A DNA stretch of 64,000 nucleotides from contig OZ242320.1 in NCBI GenBank assembly GCA_965208125.1, positions 4,032,001 through 4,096,000 on the forward strand. Direction: 5' to 3'. The notes under the pieces were generated by a model. That model was given only the letters and a program-made list of their open reading frames with translations, was not told where the DNA came from and did no database searches. This document shows, piece after piece, positions 1-9,959 of the stretch; within the stretch, counting starts at the first letter, position 1; every line of letters starts with the position of its first letter. The DNA is from Candidatus Latescibacterota bacterium. GTDB taxonomy: Bacteria > Latescibacterota > UBA2968. The translations under genes were made by a program, and so were the position numbers.

Positions 1-169
1 CGTCAATAGCCCGTTTTGAAAAGAGGGAATCGATGGTTGCATCGAGGCGCAAGGTGTCGGATTGCACATAAATATAAAGACTGTCTTGCGGTATGTGCTG
101 TGCAAGTAAGGGTTGCACGCTGACAAGCAAGCAAACTGTGAGCGTCTGGATGTTGAAGAATCGAGCCAT
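1..169 (-). CDS. Partial secreted protein (5' end, runs off the window); possibly DUF4390-like
   Basis: ATG at 169 with GAGGA RBS, 7 nt after the Omp85 stop; MARFFNIQTLTVCLLVSVQPLLAQ resembles a signal peptide; frame open to the window edge. Confidence 0.6.
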   Translation of the reverse strand, partial: MARFFNIQTLTVCLLVSVQPLLAQHIPQDSLYIYVQSDTLRLDATIDSLFSKRAID

Positions 170-176
170 CTATTCC

Positions 177-1445
177 TCACAGACCAATCTTGACGCCGGC
201 AAAACGATGTGATTTTACGATGAGTGTTCCCGTGCTGATTCCAAAACTGATATCTACGCGGTTAAAGAGCAGCATGCCCACGCCAAAGGCGAAGTCGGCA
301 TCTCGCCGATTTTTGCCGTTTACAGAGCGATGTACACCGCCACTTTCGGCAAAGGCATATACCCGCCCCAGGGTTTTGAGATCGATGGCATAGAGGGCTT
401 CAACTGCAAAAAATAGAGTGCCACCTTCTGGCCCAATAACGCGGCGTTCTATACCTCTGAGTTGATTATCCCCATCGAGATAAAAGCGTTCGTAAAAGGG
501 CGGATTCCCCCAGACGCCCCCTGTTTTGACGCCGAGCGATAGGATGTGTCCTGCGGTAACTTGCTGGTGCCGATAGAGTTCAGTGCGAAATTTGATATAA
601 TTTGCAACTGATCCCAGTAGTTTGGATGACAGTGTGAGCCGGGCATTAAAATCCGTACCTTGCCTCCAGATTGCGCTCACGGGTTGTTTGAACAGGTTAA
701 AAGAAAGAGTGGAGAGGTTTTCTCTGCCTACGGCAGCTTTAATTTCATTGGCGAAGATCCCACCGCCCGTGGGGATGGAAGGGTGTTGAAAATCGCCGAT
801 TTGTATAGCTTCAAAGGCGTATTTTAAGACGAAATGGTAGGCGCGCAGGGGAGAGGGTTGACCAAAACCCATGGCAAATCCGATGCGTTCGAGATCGTAG
901 CGCCCTCTGATATCGGGGTTTCGATCGCGAAAAATGTCGCGGTCCGCAGAAGATCCTTTTACCTGAATGTGGAATGCCTGATTGGTTTTGAGAAAGAGCG
1001 GATCGCTGTAGTGAAAGCCCCAGTATTTGAAGCGTTCTCCCAAGCCGTATTCCACGCCGACTAATTTTCCTTCGCCACGCAGATTGGCATAATGCGCATT
1101 TGCGGATGCGCCAAAGCCATCGAGTTCGGAATATTCAAGGCTCATGCCCAGGTCGCCAAAGCGCTTTTCCTGCACATAGACCACGAGAATGGCTTTGCCT
1201 TTTTCTGCACCTGGTTTAACATTGACATATGCAGTTCGGAAAAGTAGCAATCGCTCGAGGATTACGCGGCAGCGGTCGATGTCCCCCTCACGCAGGTTAT
1301 CCCCCACTTTTATGGGTAAGACCTGGCGAATGATTTCAACACGGGTTTTTTCATTGCCGCGCACTTCAATCTTTTCTATTTCATGCCCAATTTGTCCCAG
1401 GGCAGGGGTGGCAAACAGGCAGAGCAGGATGAGATATTTGTACAT
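177..1445 (-). CDS. Omp85/BamA-TamA family outer membrane protein with one POTRA domain
   Basis: Signal peptide; POTRA-like IEVRGNEKT...VYVQEK; NLRGEG; barrel motif ERFYLDG..LRG. Confidence 0.85.
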   Translation of the reverse strand: MYKYLILLCLFATPALGQIGHEIEKIEVRGNEKTRVEIIRQVLPIKVGDNLREGDIDRCRVILERLLLFRTAYVNVKPGAEKGKAILVVYVQEKRFGDLGMSLEYSELDGFGASANAHYANLRGEGKLVGVEYGLGERFKYWGFHYSDPLFLKTNQAFHIQVKGSSADRDIFRDRNPDIRGRYDLERIGFAMGFGQPSPLRAYHFVLKYAFEAIQIGDFQHPSIPTGGGIFANEIKAAVGRENLSTLSFNLFKQPVSAIWRQGTDFNARLTLSSKLLGSVANYIKFRTELYRHQQVTAGHILSLGVKTGGVWGNPPFYERFYLDGDNQLRGIERRVIGPEGGTLFFAVEALYAIDLKTLGRVYAFAESGGVHRSVNGKNRRDADFAFGVGMLLFNRVDISFGISTGTLIVKSHRFAGVKIGL

Positions 1446-1488
1446 AATGGCAGCACTCTTGTGGTTTTTGAATTTTTAGATATAATTA

Positions 1489-1504
1489 TGCAAAATCCGT
1501 GCCC
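1489..1504 (-). promoter_or_regulatory. sigma54 (-24/-12) promoter for the Omp85 gene
   Basis: Minus strand GGGCACGGATTTTGCA = GG-N10-GC, close to consensus TGGCACG-N4-TTGCA, ~45 bp upstream of the ATG. Confidence 0.7.
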
Positions 1505-1661
1505 GTTTCTTGTGGTCTTTCTTAGATAAAAATAAAATTTGAAAAAATAAGAAGTTGTGCGTATATCTAATGTCTGAAACCCGATATGCGTTGTGTGAAA
1601 CAATACGACATGTGTATCTTTTTTGCAACAGGATTGCGGAATAATATTCTGGAGGGTGTAA

Positions 1662-2510
1662 ATGATGTCGGTTTCTCGTATTCTCGAAAAACTCAAGCGC
1701 GATGGGTTTTACGTGGTTGAAAATGTGATTCCCGAAGATGAGGTGGATGCCGTTCGGCAAGCCATAGTGGCAGCACAGGCGCAAAAACACGCAGAGTCAG
1801 AGGCGGCACTGGCAGCAACCCGGGCGAAGGGACATCGCGTTGGCGCAGAGGGTGTGGCGAGTTTGCGGCAGGTGATTAATGAGACGCAGATTTTCGCACC
1901 TTATCTGGCAAGTCGAAAGATGATGGATGTGGTGGATGCGCTGTTTGGACCTTATGCGCGCGTTTCTTGCACGGATTGTGTGATCAATTATCCGGGCAAT
2001 GAAAGGGGATACTGGCACGCGGATTGGCCGTATAATGCGACCAATGCGTCTCATGTTCCCGCGCCGTATCCCGATGCGTTATTGCATTTGTCGTCTATCT
2101 GGATGTTGACGGCGTTTAATGAGAAAAATGGCGGGACATTTCTCGTGCCGGGCAGTCATCGATGGCTCGATAACCCGGCCACAGGTGGGATGGACGATGT
2201 GGATCAGGATGCGCCGTATCCCTCCGAGATGCAGGTGAAGGGCGCAGCGGGCAGTGTGCTGATTTACGATAGTCGATTGTGGCATGCAGTGGCATCAAAT
2301 CAGAGTGATCAACCGCGCGTGGCTTTGATTGTGCGCTATGCCCCGTGGTGGTTGAATTTGAATCCGTCGCATATTGGCAAACCCGAGCACGAGATGATGG
2401 TGGTGGAGACAGGTGGCAAGAATTACGAATCTATGCCATTGCAAAAGGAGGTGTACGACGGGTTGCCGGAAAATGTGAAGCCTTTGTACCGTCACTGGGT
2501 CGAACAATAG
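1662..2510 (+). CDS. Phytanoyl-CoA dioxygenase (PhyH) family Fe(II)/2OG oxygenase
   Basis: DGFYVVENVI start, WHAD, VPGSH, distal WH, PRVAL; GGAGG RBS. Confidence 0.9.
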   Translation: MMSVSRILEKLKRDGFYVVENVIPEDEVDAVRQAIVAAQAQKHAESEAALAATRAKGHRVGAEGVASLRQVINETQIFAPYLASRKMMDVVDALFGPYARVSCTDCVINYPGNERGYWHADWPYNATNASHVPAPYPDALLHLSSIWMLTAFNEKNGGTFLVPGSHRWLDNPATGGMDDVDQDAPYPSEMQVKGAAGSVLIYDSRLWHAVASNQSDQPRVALIVRYAPWWLNLNPSHIGKPEHEMMVVETGGKNYESMPLQKEVYDGLPENVKPLYRHWVEQ

Positions 2511-2538
2511 TTTGAAGTTACAGTAATGGAGGCTCGAT

Positions 2539-3372
2539 ATGACGCCAGAGCAAAAGTATTTCTTCGATTTGACGGGATATTTGCACTTAGAGGGCGTGGT
2601 GACAGGAGATGCGTTGGCACAAGCGCAAGCAGCGGCTGATCGGTATATGCAAGTGTCGGATGAGGATTTGCCGCCAGGTTTTCACGTAAATCGCTTGCGA
2701 AATCATTTTATCTGGCACCTTTACGGTTTTGCGTTTGACCGCGTACTGGAGGCTTTGACGCAACATCCCAAAGTGTGGCCGATTGTGAAAGCGCTGATGA
2801 ATGATCGCCCGCGTTTGACGAGTGGCAATTTGATGGTGAATAATCACACGCACGAATTTCATCCCCTGCATTCGGCACGGGAGAGTCCCAGCAAAGGACC
2901 TGAAGCACCGTACTATCTGGCTCGGGACGGAAAATGCCTGTGCGATCATCTGGTGGTGTTTTTTTATTTGACAGATGTGTATGAAGGCGATGGTGGTTTG
3001 ATTATTTTGCCGGGTTCACACAAGAGCGCGTTTGATCGGCCAGAGGGGTTTTTTTATCCGGGCAGCCGGACGCCCGAAGGTGGGTATAATCCGGATTATG
3101 TTTCCTATGATGTTCCGCCAGGGGTATTAAACGTGCTTCCCAAAGCGGGCGATGTGGTGATGATTTCAGAGATGGTGACACACGGTGCGCTGAGTTGGAA
3201 GCCGAGGGATCGAGACCGAAGATTTTTGACACTGCGGTACATGCCGCAGTTTGTGATGCCGCTAAATGAATTTCCCGATGAAATTGTCGAGCGATTGTTG
3301 CCCGAGACACAGGAGTTGATTGCAACAGCATCCTATTCGCAGATTAAGAAAATCGTGCAAAATGAAAATTAA
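2539..3372 (+). CDS. PhyH family protein with atypical HxA metal motif
   Basis: GYLHLEGV, LHSAR in place of HxD, LPGSHK, THGA, RRFL. Confidence 0.85.
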   Translation: MTPEQKYFFDLTGYLHLEGVVTGDALAQAQAAADRYMQVSDEDLPPGFHVNRLRNHFIWHLYGFAFDRVLEALTQHPKVWPIVKALMNDRPRLTSGNLMVNNHTHEFHPLHSARESPSKGPEAPYYLARDGKCLCDHLVVFFYLTDVYEGDGGLIILPGSHKSAFDRPEGFFYPGSRTPEGGYNPDYVSYDVPPGVLNVLPKAGDVVMISEMVTHGALSWKPRDRDRRFLTLRYMPQFVMPLNEFPDEIVERLLPETQELIATASYSQIKKIVQNEN

Positions 3373-3383
3373 GGGAGGAGACC

Positions 3384-4706
3384 ATGTCAGATTTACAGCT
3401 TGAGTCTATTGAACTCTGGGCGCCGCATCCGACCGCCGCGCCGTTGACAGAGCGCAGTGGGGATACGCTGGCAATTGCCGCAAATGGGACGCGTACCTGT
3501 ATTGGCGGATGGCAGATCGCGTATTCGGGTGTGGAGGCCGGCAAGATATATGAGATCGTTGCCCAGTCGCAGTTTCAAGATGTGGATACGGCACGCGATG
3601 TGTTGCGCTGTGAGGCGTATTGGGGCCACCTGGATCGGGACAGTGGGCGGCGCGGCGAAGTTCTGTCCTGGGATTATCTCCTTCCCGAATGGAACGGCGA
3701 TACCGTGCAATTTTCACGGCGTCTCACTGCTCCGGAAGATGCCGAACACTTGACTGTGCGCTATACGTTTCGCTGGTCGGTTGTGGGATCATCCGAATGG
3801 CAATTGCCCCATGTGATCGCGACAGATGTGGCAGAATCATACAAACCCGTGAAAATTTGTGTCGCGACGGGACGGCGAGCAGACCGCGACCGGCGGTTTG
3901 AGTCGATTCGGGACAATGTCGATCTTTATTTGCCTTTGTGCCGGGAGATATGTGAAAAAGAAAAACCCGATTTGATTGTGTTGCCCGAGATCGCATTGCA
4001 ATACGGGATTAAAGGCAGTCCCCTGGAACTGGCAGTGCCCGTGCCGGGGTCTGAGGCGGAGCCGTTTGCGGATGTTGCGCGCGATTATGGCGTATATGTA
4101 CTGTTGGGTGTGATTGAACGGGATGGCGATGCCGTTCACAATACAGCTGTGTTGTTCGCGCCCGACGGCGGCGTGGATGGCAAATATCGCAAGGTGCATC
4201 TGGCAGTGGGTGGCGAGATGGATTCGGGTATTTTGCCAGGTGATGATTTTCCTGTATTCGATACGGAGATTGGACGGATTGGGTGCAATATTTGTATGGA
4301 TTCTTCGGCGGCTGAATCGTCGCGGATGATTGGGTTAAATGGCGCGGACTTTTTGTTGTTGCCAATTATGGGCGATCACCGCGCGTGGCATCCAGAAGAT
4401 CATACGTGGGATCCCGAGCGCTTTCGCGGGATTATGCAGACGCGAGCACTGGATAATCAGTTGTGTATGGTGGTGGCGGTAAATCGCGCGGAGGGCAGTT
4501 GTATTATTGATCGCACCGGGCATGTGCTGGCATGGAATGATGGCAGTGAACCGTTTGTGACCGCAGAGGTGAATCTCGTAGATGGATTCAGACCGAAGAG
4601 TCGCGGGTGCTTTCGCGGGATTAACTGGATGCAGCGACGACCACATACCTATCGCGCTTTTGTCGATGAAAAGAACGCGGGGACATTGAAGGCTGAGGCG
4701 TATTGA
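3384..4706 (+). CDS. Carbon-nitrogen hydrolase (nitrilase superfamily) with ~150 aa N-terminal extra domain
   Basis: Catalytic triad E (LPEI), K (YRKVH), C (NICMD). Confidence 0.88.
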   Translation: MSDLQLESIELWAPHPTAAPLTERSGDTLAIAANGTRTCIGGWQIAYSGVEAGKIYEIVAQSQFQDVDTARDVLRCEAYWGHLDRDSGRRGEVLSWDYLLPEWNGDTVQFSRRLTAPEDAEHLTVRYTFRWSVVGSSEWQLPHVIATDVAESYKPVKICVATGRRADRDRRFESIRDNVDLYLPLCREICEKEKPDLIVLPEIALQYGIKGSPLELAVPVPGSEAEPFADVARDYGVYVLLGVIERDGDAVHNTAVLFAPDGGVDGKYRKVHLAVGGEMDSGILPGDDFPVFDTEIGRIGCNICMDSSAAESSRMIGLNGADFLLLPIMGDHRAWHPEDHTWDPERFRGIMQTRALDNQLCMVVAVNRAEGSCIIDRTGHVLAWNDGSEPFVTAEVNLVDGFRPKSRGCFRGINWMQRRPHTYRAFVDEKNAGTLKAEAY

Positions 4707-4709
4707 GAA

Positions 4710-6272
4710 TTATATGCCGAGTGCGATTTGTTCGCATCTGGCATATTTTTTAACCAGTTCGTCATACACTGCGGTGTTGGTTGGCCTGGCGGCGGAGCCG
4801 GATATGGGTTCGGCGATGCCCTTGCTGATGTCTTCCCAGGTGGTGTTTTGTCCGGAGGCGTTGAGGTGCGCATGCGCTGCGCGGAGAGCCGCGCCGAGTG
4901 CCGCGCTATTGGTGACTTCAAATTGATGAACGGGACAGTTTTGCACGTCGGCCATGATCTGGAGGATTTCGGGATTGACCGAGGCACCGCCTGTGACGTA
5001 GATGGCTGAAGGACGCACGCCCATCCATTCTGAGTGAATGCGCATGGACATCATTTGTGCCTCGACAACCGCGCGGCAATTTCCAGCGGTGTCCTGTTCG
5101 TCGAGGTCAAAACGGTGTACGCCGGGTTTGAGAACATTGGGCACGATTTCTGGTTCAAAATAGGGGAGCATGATTTTGCCATTATTGCCCGGGGGGGTGG
5201 ATTGGAGTGCATGGGAAAAACCGTCCCAGTCCAGACCATGAGATTTGCGAACGGCTTCGCGGGCGAGGGAGCCGTTTTTGAAACATATAAGGGTCATATA
5301 GTCACCAGTGGGCGAGACAAAGACGTGACCTTCGCCGCGCGGATCGGTCTGGCAATTTTTCATTGTGCCAAAGTAGGTGTCGCTGGTGCCGAGTGAGATG
5401 GCGACGAGACCCTCTCGGATGAGACCGAGGCCGATGACGCTGTTGGGATTGTCGCCCGACCAGACGAGCGCCTGTGCATTGGGATTGACGCCGTATTTAT
5501 CGATAAAGTAGGGGTTCACTGTGCCGATAATTGCGCGGGATTCTGCAAGCGAGGGCAGACGATGGGATAGATTGGGTGCTGTGGCATCGCGTGCGGCAGC
5601 ATGCCAGGTTCGGATCTGAATGTCCATCAAATTCATGCCTGCGCCATCGCCGTGATCGATGGGGGCAACTTTGCCCGCAATCAGAGAGGCCATGAAGGAA
5701 GAGACGAGCATGATGTGTGCGGTGTTGTTATAAGCATCGGGTTGTGTTTTGTAGAATTTGCGAATCTGTGGTCCCGTGAAGCGCTCAAAGGTGGTAGATC
5801 CCGTGGTGCTGGCTGTGTCTTGGAGACCGCCGAGGGCGTCGCAAATTTCATCGCATTCGGCGCGGGTAGAGGAATCCATCCAGATGGGAGATGTGTCGCG
5901 GGAGAATATATCGCCGAGATTTTCTACAAGGGATTTTGATGGGTTGAGATTGGATAGGATATCCGCATTTTTGAGATAGACAGAGCCGTGTTGTTGCCCC
6001 GAGCCAGAGATGGCGCGGATATTGCCGAGGGTTATGCCCTCGGTTTTCATTTTGTCAAAAAGCACATCGAGGGCTTCCGCCCACATGAGAGGTGGCGAGT
6101 GGACAATTTTGGGGTCGGGGTGGTCGAGGACGCCATTTTGAGTGCCATAATGCGGCAGTGTTTCGTCGTAGTTCAGTGAAACGTCGTACACGACTTTGCG
6201 GATGTCGATGTCTATGATAATAGCACTCAAGCTCTGCGTGCTGGCGTCAAGCCCGAGATAGAGGTTGCTCAT
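4710..6272 (-). CDS. xylB: FGGY carbohydrate kinase, xylulokinase-like
   Basis: LGLDASTQ, SGSGQQHG, PIWMD, ERFTGPQIRK, GDNP, SLGTSDT, CFKNGSLARE match the eukaryote-type xylulokinase clade. Confidence 0.75.
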   Translation of the reverse strand: MSNLYLGLDASTQSLSAIIIDIDIRKVVYDVSLNYDETLPHYGTQNGVLDHPDPKIVHSPPLMWAEALDVLFDKMKTEGITLGNIRAISGSGQQHGSVYLKNADILSNLNPSKSLVENLGDIFSRDTSPIWMDSSTRAECDEICDALGGLQDTASTTGSTTFERFTGPQIRKFYKTQPDAYNNTAHIMLVSSFMASLIAGKVAPIDHGDGAGMNLMDIQIRTWHAAARDATAPNLSHRLPSLAESRAIIGTVNPYFIDKYGVNPNAQALVWSGDNPNSVIGLGLIREGLVAISLGTSDTYFGTMKNCQTDPRGEGHVFVSPTGDYMTLICFKNGSLAREAVRKSHGLDWDGFSHALQSTPPGNNGKIMLPYFEPEIVPNVLKPGVHRFDLDEQDTAGNCRAVVEAQMMSMRIHSEWMGVRPSAIYVTGGASVNPEILQIMADVQNCPVHQFEVTNSAALGAALRAAHAHLNASGQNTTWEDISKGIAEPISGSAARPTNTAVYDELVKKYARCEQIALGI

Positions 6273-6281
6273 GGATACTCC

Positions 6282-7067
6282 TTAGGATTCATAAATAATC
6301 GGGCATTTCGATAGATCGTCAATGTGTCGGACAAGGCCCTGTCGCTCATCGTTGACGGGGCGCGATTTTTCGGTGCGCATGTGAATAGCAAAGCTGCGAC
6401 GAGGTCCATTGGATCGGTTGGGTCCGCTGCCGTGGAGCGTGAAGCAGTCGTGCAGGCTCAATGCGCCGGGGGGCAGGAGCATGGGAACTTCTCGCCAGGT
6501 GGCCTGTTCGGGTATTGATATGCCACTGCGCAATGTGTCGAGGTTCTGTTGTTGAAAGCCAAACTCGATGTCCAAAAGCCCCCAGCGGTGTGATCCGGGA
6601 ACAAAGCGCATGGGTCCGGTATCGGGTGTGATGTTGCTGAGGGCAACCCACGCTGTGAAGAGTTCGCTGCCTTCTTCCCATATTCGCCAGTAGTAGCGGT
6701 CCTGATGCCAGCCGATGTTGGTGACGCGTTGATCGGTGGGTTCGCCCACGGGTTTGTAGAGCAGTTGTACCCACCATACTTGCACCATTTTTGCTCCTGT
6801 GACTTCAGCGGCGAGTTTGCCGAGGGCGGGATGCGAGACCAGGTCCATGATGGCGTGACTGGCAAATTGCGGCATTTCAATTTTGCAAAGTGCTTTGGGA
6901 TCATCGCCGGGGTTCCATCGGGAGTTTTCAGGTGGGTGTCCGGTATCGTACTTACCCGCACGTACAGCATCCATGCCTTCAATTGCAGCATTGACGACAT
7001 CGGTTGGAAAAACCGGGTCAGAAATAGTGCAAAAACCATCTTTTTGATATCGTTCCGAAAGGGTCAT
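6282..7067 (-). CDS. PhyH family oxygenase
   Basis: WHQD, VPGSH, TLHGS, PRRS. Confidence 0.9.
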   Translation of the reverse strand: MTLSERYQKDGFCTISDPVFPTDVVNAAIEGMDAVRAGKYDTGHPPENSRWNPGDDPKALCKIEMPQFASHAIMDLVSHPALGKLAAEVTGAKMVQVWWVQLLYKPVGEPTDQRVTNIGWHQDRYYWRIWEEGSELFTAWVALSNITPDTGPMRFVPGSHRWGLLDIEFGFQQQNLDTLRSGISIPEQATWREVPMLLPPGALSLHDCFTLHGSGPNRSNGPRRSFAIHMRTEKSRPVNDERQGLVRHIDDLSKCPIIYES

Positions 7068-7074
7068 GATAACC

Positions 7075-7686
7075 TCACGCCATGTGTCGCCGCGATACTT
7101 GCAAAAAACGCACAGCGCGCTGTCCCAGCCGTTTTAACAGGTCCAGATCTTGCCGCGCTTTGGCCAGTATCAAAATGCCTTCGTAATACGCCCACAATGC
7201 CAGAGCTGTTTCCCGCGTATCCATGGGAGCCAGATCACTGGCTTCTACTGCTTCATCGAGTGTTCTTTGTAATCGACCGATTACATCCTCAAAAATGCGG
7301 TCAATTTTATGGCGGATCAGCGGCTCGTGCGCGCTCATTTCTACGGCGAGGTTGCCAAACGGACACCCACAAAGCTGTTTGTGCTGTTCGTAAAATTGAC
7401 AATTTTGCTCATAGACCAGTTCAAAAAAATGCGAGATCCGCTCCAGAGGTGGTCGTTCTGATGAAAAAGCCCGCTCCCATGCGGTCTCCCGCGTAATCTC
7501 CCACCATCGGTCTAATGAAGCGAGTACCAGGTCTTGCTTGGTCTCAAAGAAGTGGTAAAAACTCCCCTTTTTTACCCCGGCAGCTTTGCACAATTCCTGC
7601 ACGCCCACGTCGGTATAACTACGCGTAAAAAACAAATCCATCGCAGCCTGTATCAGCCGATCTTTTGCATCGCTCGTGCGTCCCAT
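7075..7686 (-). CDS. TetR/AcrR family regulator (NemR-like C-terminus)
   Basis: HTH AGVKKGSFYHFFETKQDL; GCPFGNLAVE. Confidence 0.92.
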   Translation of the reverse strand: MGRTSDAKDRLIQAAMDLFFTRSYTDVGVQELCKAAGVKKGSFYHFFETKQDLVLASLDRWWEITRETAWERAFSSERPPLERISHFFELVYEQNCQFYEQHKQLCGCPFGNLAVEMSAHEPLIRHKIDRIFEDVIGRLQRTLDEAVEASDLAPMDTRETALALWAYYEGILILAKARQDLDLLKRLGQRAVRFLQVSRRHMA

Positions 7687-7822
7687 GATGTGCCTTTTAC
7701 GATAGATTCGACAAGTCTGCGTCTTTTTTTTATTTTGCTTTGAGTTTTGTAAATTGATAACATGGACTATTCTAAAACTAAATATAGTCTATCCACACCG
7801 ACTTTTCAACAAGGAGCTTTAC

Positions 7823-8452
7823 ATGCGCGTCATTGCAATTGGCACGGAATACACGGGCAAAACCACGCTGGTTCAAGCCATTCAAAAATGGGGCATGGAG
7901 CGCGGTATTCGCCATCACATGGACGATCACTTTTCCATTCCCGATCAGCAAACCCTTACAGATCCCGCAGATCAAAAGGCTATGAACGAAGTGCCATCGC
8001 CCATCAAAGAGCGTTTTCAGCGGTTTCAGATCGCTTATCATGTGCGCCTGGTACACAATTACCAGCACGTTTTGCTCACGGGTTTCCACATTGAGGAAAT
8101 GGTGTACGGTCAACGCTATTATTATCCCGATCTGGCGCGCCCGGTCGAAAATCCCCAGGCATGGGAAAAAGACATGCCCAAAGATATTATTCTGGTGCAT
8201 CTCACAGCCAGTCCCGAGGTTATCAAACAGCGCATGAAAGACGATCCACACGATTTTCCCATTGTGCCCGAATCGGATATCGAAGAAGTCCAGGAGGCAT
8301 TCCACGAAGAATTTCGCAAGTCATTTTTTAAACAAAAATTTCAGATCAATACATCAGATCTGAACGCAGATACACTGCTCAAAGCCTTTCTCGACCAATC
8401 ATTTCCCTATCTCACTGCCGCTGATCACGCCATTCGGTTGGCGAGACCGTAG
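7823..8452 (+). CDS. P-loop protein, nucleoside/nucleotide kinase-like
   Basis: AGGAG RBS before ATG 7823; Walker A GTEYTGKTT; lid-like HLTASPEVIKQRM. Confidence 0.7.
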   Translation: MRVIAIGTEYTGKTTLVQAIQKWGMERGIRHHMDDHFSIPDQQTLTDPADQKAMNEVPSPIKERFQRFQIAYHVRLVHNYQHVLLTGFHIEEMVYGQRYYYPDLARPVENPQAWEKDMPKDIILVHLTASPEVIKQRMKDDPHDFPIVPESDIEEVQEAFHEEFRKSFFKQKFQINTSDLNADTLLKAFLDQSFPYLTAADHAIRLARP

Positions 8453-8468
8453 TTAAAGATGAGGGACT

Positions 8469-8501
8469 GGGGATTGGTTCCCACCTCCAACCAGCCCCTT
8501 T
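8469..8501 (+). terminator. Imperfect hairpin followed by T-run
   Basis: ggggattggtt...aaccagcccc-ttt just after the kinase stop. Confidence 0.4.
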
Positions 8502-8568
8502 GTATCTTTGTGTGAGGCATCTACTCCATCCTTCGAGGTAATTCATATTGTCATCTCCATCTCCCGAT

Positions 8569-9948
8569 ATGCGCCTCGCGTTCGACGATGGCACGCTCGT
8601 TCTTCTGGATCCGCCAGCAGACTATGAACCGCCATCTCCATTTATATGGGATAGCCGCGTGGGACGCTGGCGCGCTCAGGCACATCGGTATCGCAATATT
8701 CTTGAAGCATTACAGGCTCAGGATGTTGGGATAAAAAATGTGGTCCCGCGCTACAATCGCCTCAAACTCAATTTTAACCGAGAACACACCCCGCATCCGC
8801 ATCAGGCTGAAGCCTTTGATGCCTGGCAATCAAATCAATATCGCGGCGTGGTTGTTCTGCCCACGGGGTCGGGCAAGTCGCTTCTGGCGCTGATGGGTAT
8901 TGCGGAAATCGGTCGCAGTACGCTTGTTGTCGCGCCTACGATTGATCTTATGAATCAGTGGTATGACTTGCTCAAAGATGCCTTTTCATGCGATATCGGT
9001 ATCCTGGGCGGAGGCTATCACGAGCTTGAAGACCTCACTGTAACGACTTATGACAGTGCGTATATGCACATGGACCGCTATGGCAATCGCTTTGGTTTTC
9101 TCGTTTTTGACGAGGTCCATCACTTGCCCGGAGAATCCTATTCCCACGGTGCGGAACTTTCTATTGCTCCCTATCGCCTGGGGCTTACAGCCACGCTCGA
9201 ACGTCCCGATGGTCGCCATCTTATGCTGCGCGATCTCGTGGGTCCAACCGTTTATGAAAAGGGTATCCGCGATTTGTCGGGCGACTATCTCTCGGAGTAC
9301 AATACAGAGCGCATAGAAGTCGATATGGTGGCCGAAGAGCGCGCCGAATACGAAACCGCGCGTTCGCAATTCAGTGATTTTCTGGAGTCCAAGAATCTGC
9401 GGTTGGGCAGTGCTTCTGGATGGCAAAATTTTGTACGCCTCTCGGCTCGTTCCAGCGATGGCCGAAGGGCGATGCTCGCCTATCGCCGCTACCGAAAAGT
9501 CGCTCTGGGCACAACTGCTAAGTTGCGCGTGCTGGAAGATCTGCTGAAAAAACATCCGCGCGACCGCATGCTCATTTTCACCAACGACAACGAAACTGTT
9601 TATACGATTTCAGAACAATTTCTCATTCCCGCCATTACGCACCAGACCCGCACGAAGGAGCGCAGGGAAATTCTCAAAGCTTTTAACCAGGGCGATATTC
9701 TCGCGCTTGTCACTTCTCGCGTACTCAATGAAGGGGTCAACGTGCCCGAGGCCAATGTCGCAGTTGTGCTTTCGGGCACGAGTACTATCCGCGAACACGT
9801 CCAGCGATTGGGGCGCATTTTGCGCCGCCGCGAAGGCAAACACGCCATTCTCTACGAGGTGATCTCTCGCAATACGGTTGAAGACCGCATTTCCCGCCGC
9901 CGCAGACAACACGACGCGTACGATGGGAAGCAACAACAAATGTTTTAG
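8569..9948 (+). CDS. XPB/Ssl2-like superfamily 2 helicase
   Basis: LPTGSGKS, DEVH, GLTAT, LNEGVNVP, QRLGRILR; N-terminal W-D-x-R...WRA segment typical of the DUF790-associated XPB clade. Confidence 0.9.
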   Translation: MRLAFDDGTLVLLDPPADYEPPSPFIWDSRVGRWRAQAHRYRNILEALQAQDVGIKNVVPRYNRLKLNFNREHTPHPHQAEAFDAWQSNQYRGVVVLPTGSGKSLLALMGIAEIGRSTLVVAPTIDLMNQWYDLLKDAFSCDIGILGGGYHELEDLTVTTYDSAYMHMDRYGNRFGFLVFDEVHHLPGESYSHGAELSIAPYRLGLTATLERPDGRHLMLRDLVGPTVYEKGIRDLSGDYLSEYNTERIEVDMVAEERAEYETARSQFSDFLESKNLRLGSASGWQNFVRLSARSSDGRRAMLAYRRYRKVALGTTAKLRVLEDLLKKHPRDRMLIFTNDNETVYTISEQFLIPAITHQTRTKERREILKAFNQGDILALVTSRVLNEGVNVPEANVAVVLSGTSTIREHVQRLGRILRRREGKHAILYEVISRNTVEDRISRRRRQHDAYDGKQQQMF

Positions 9949-9959
9949 AAGGAGACGCT

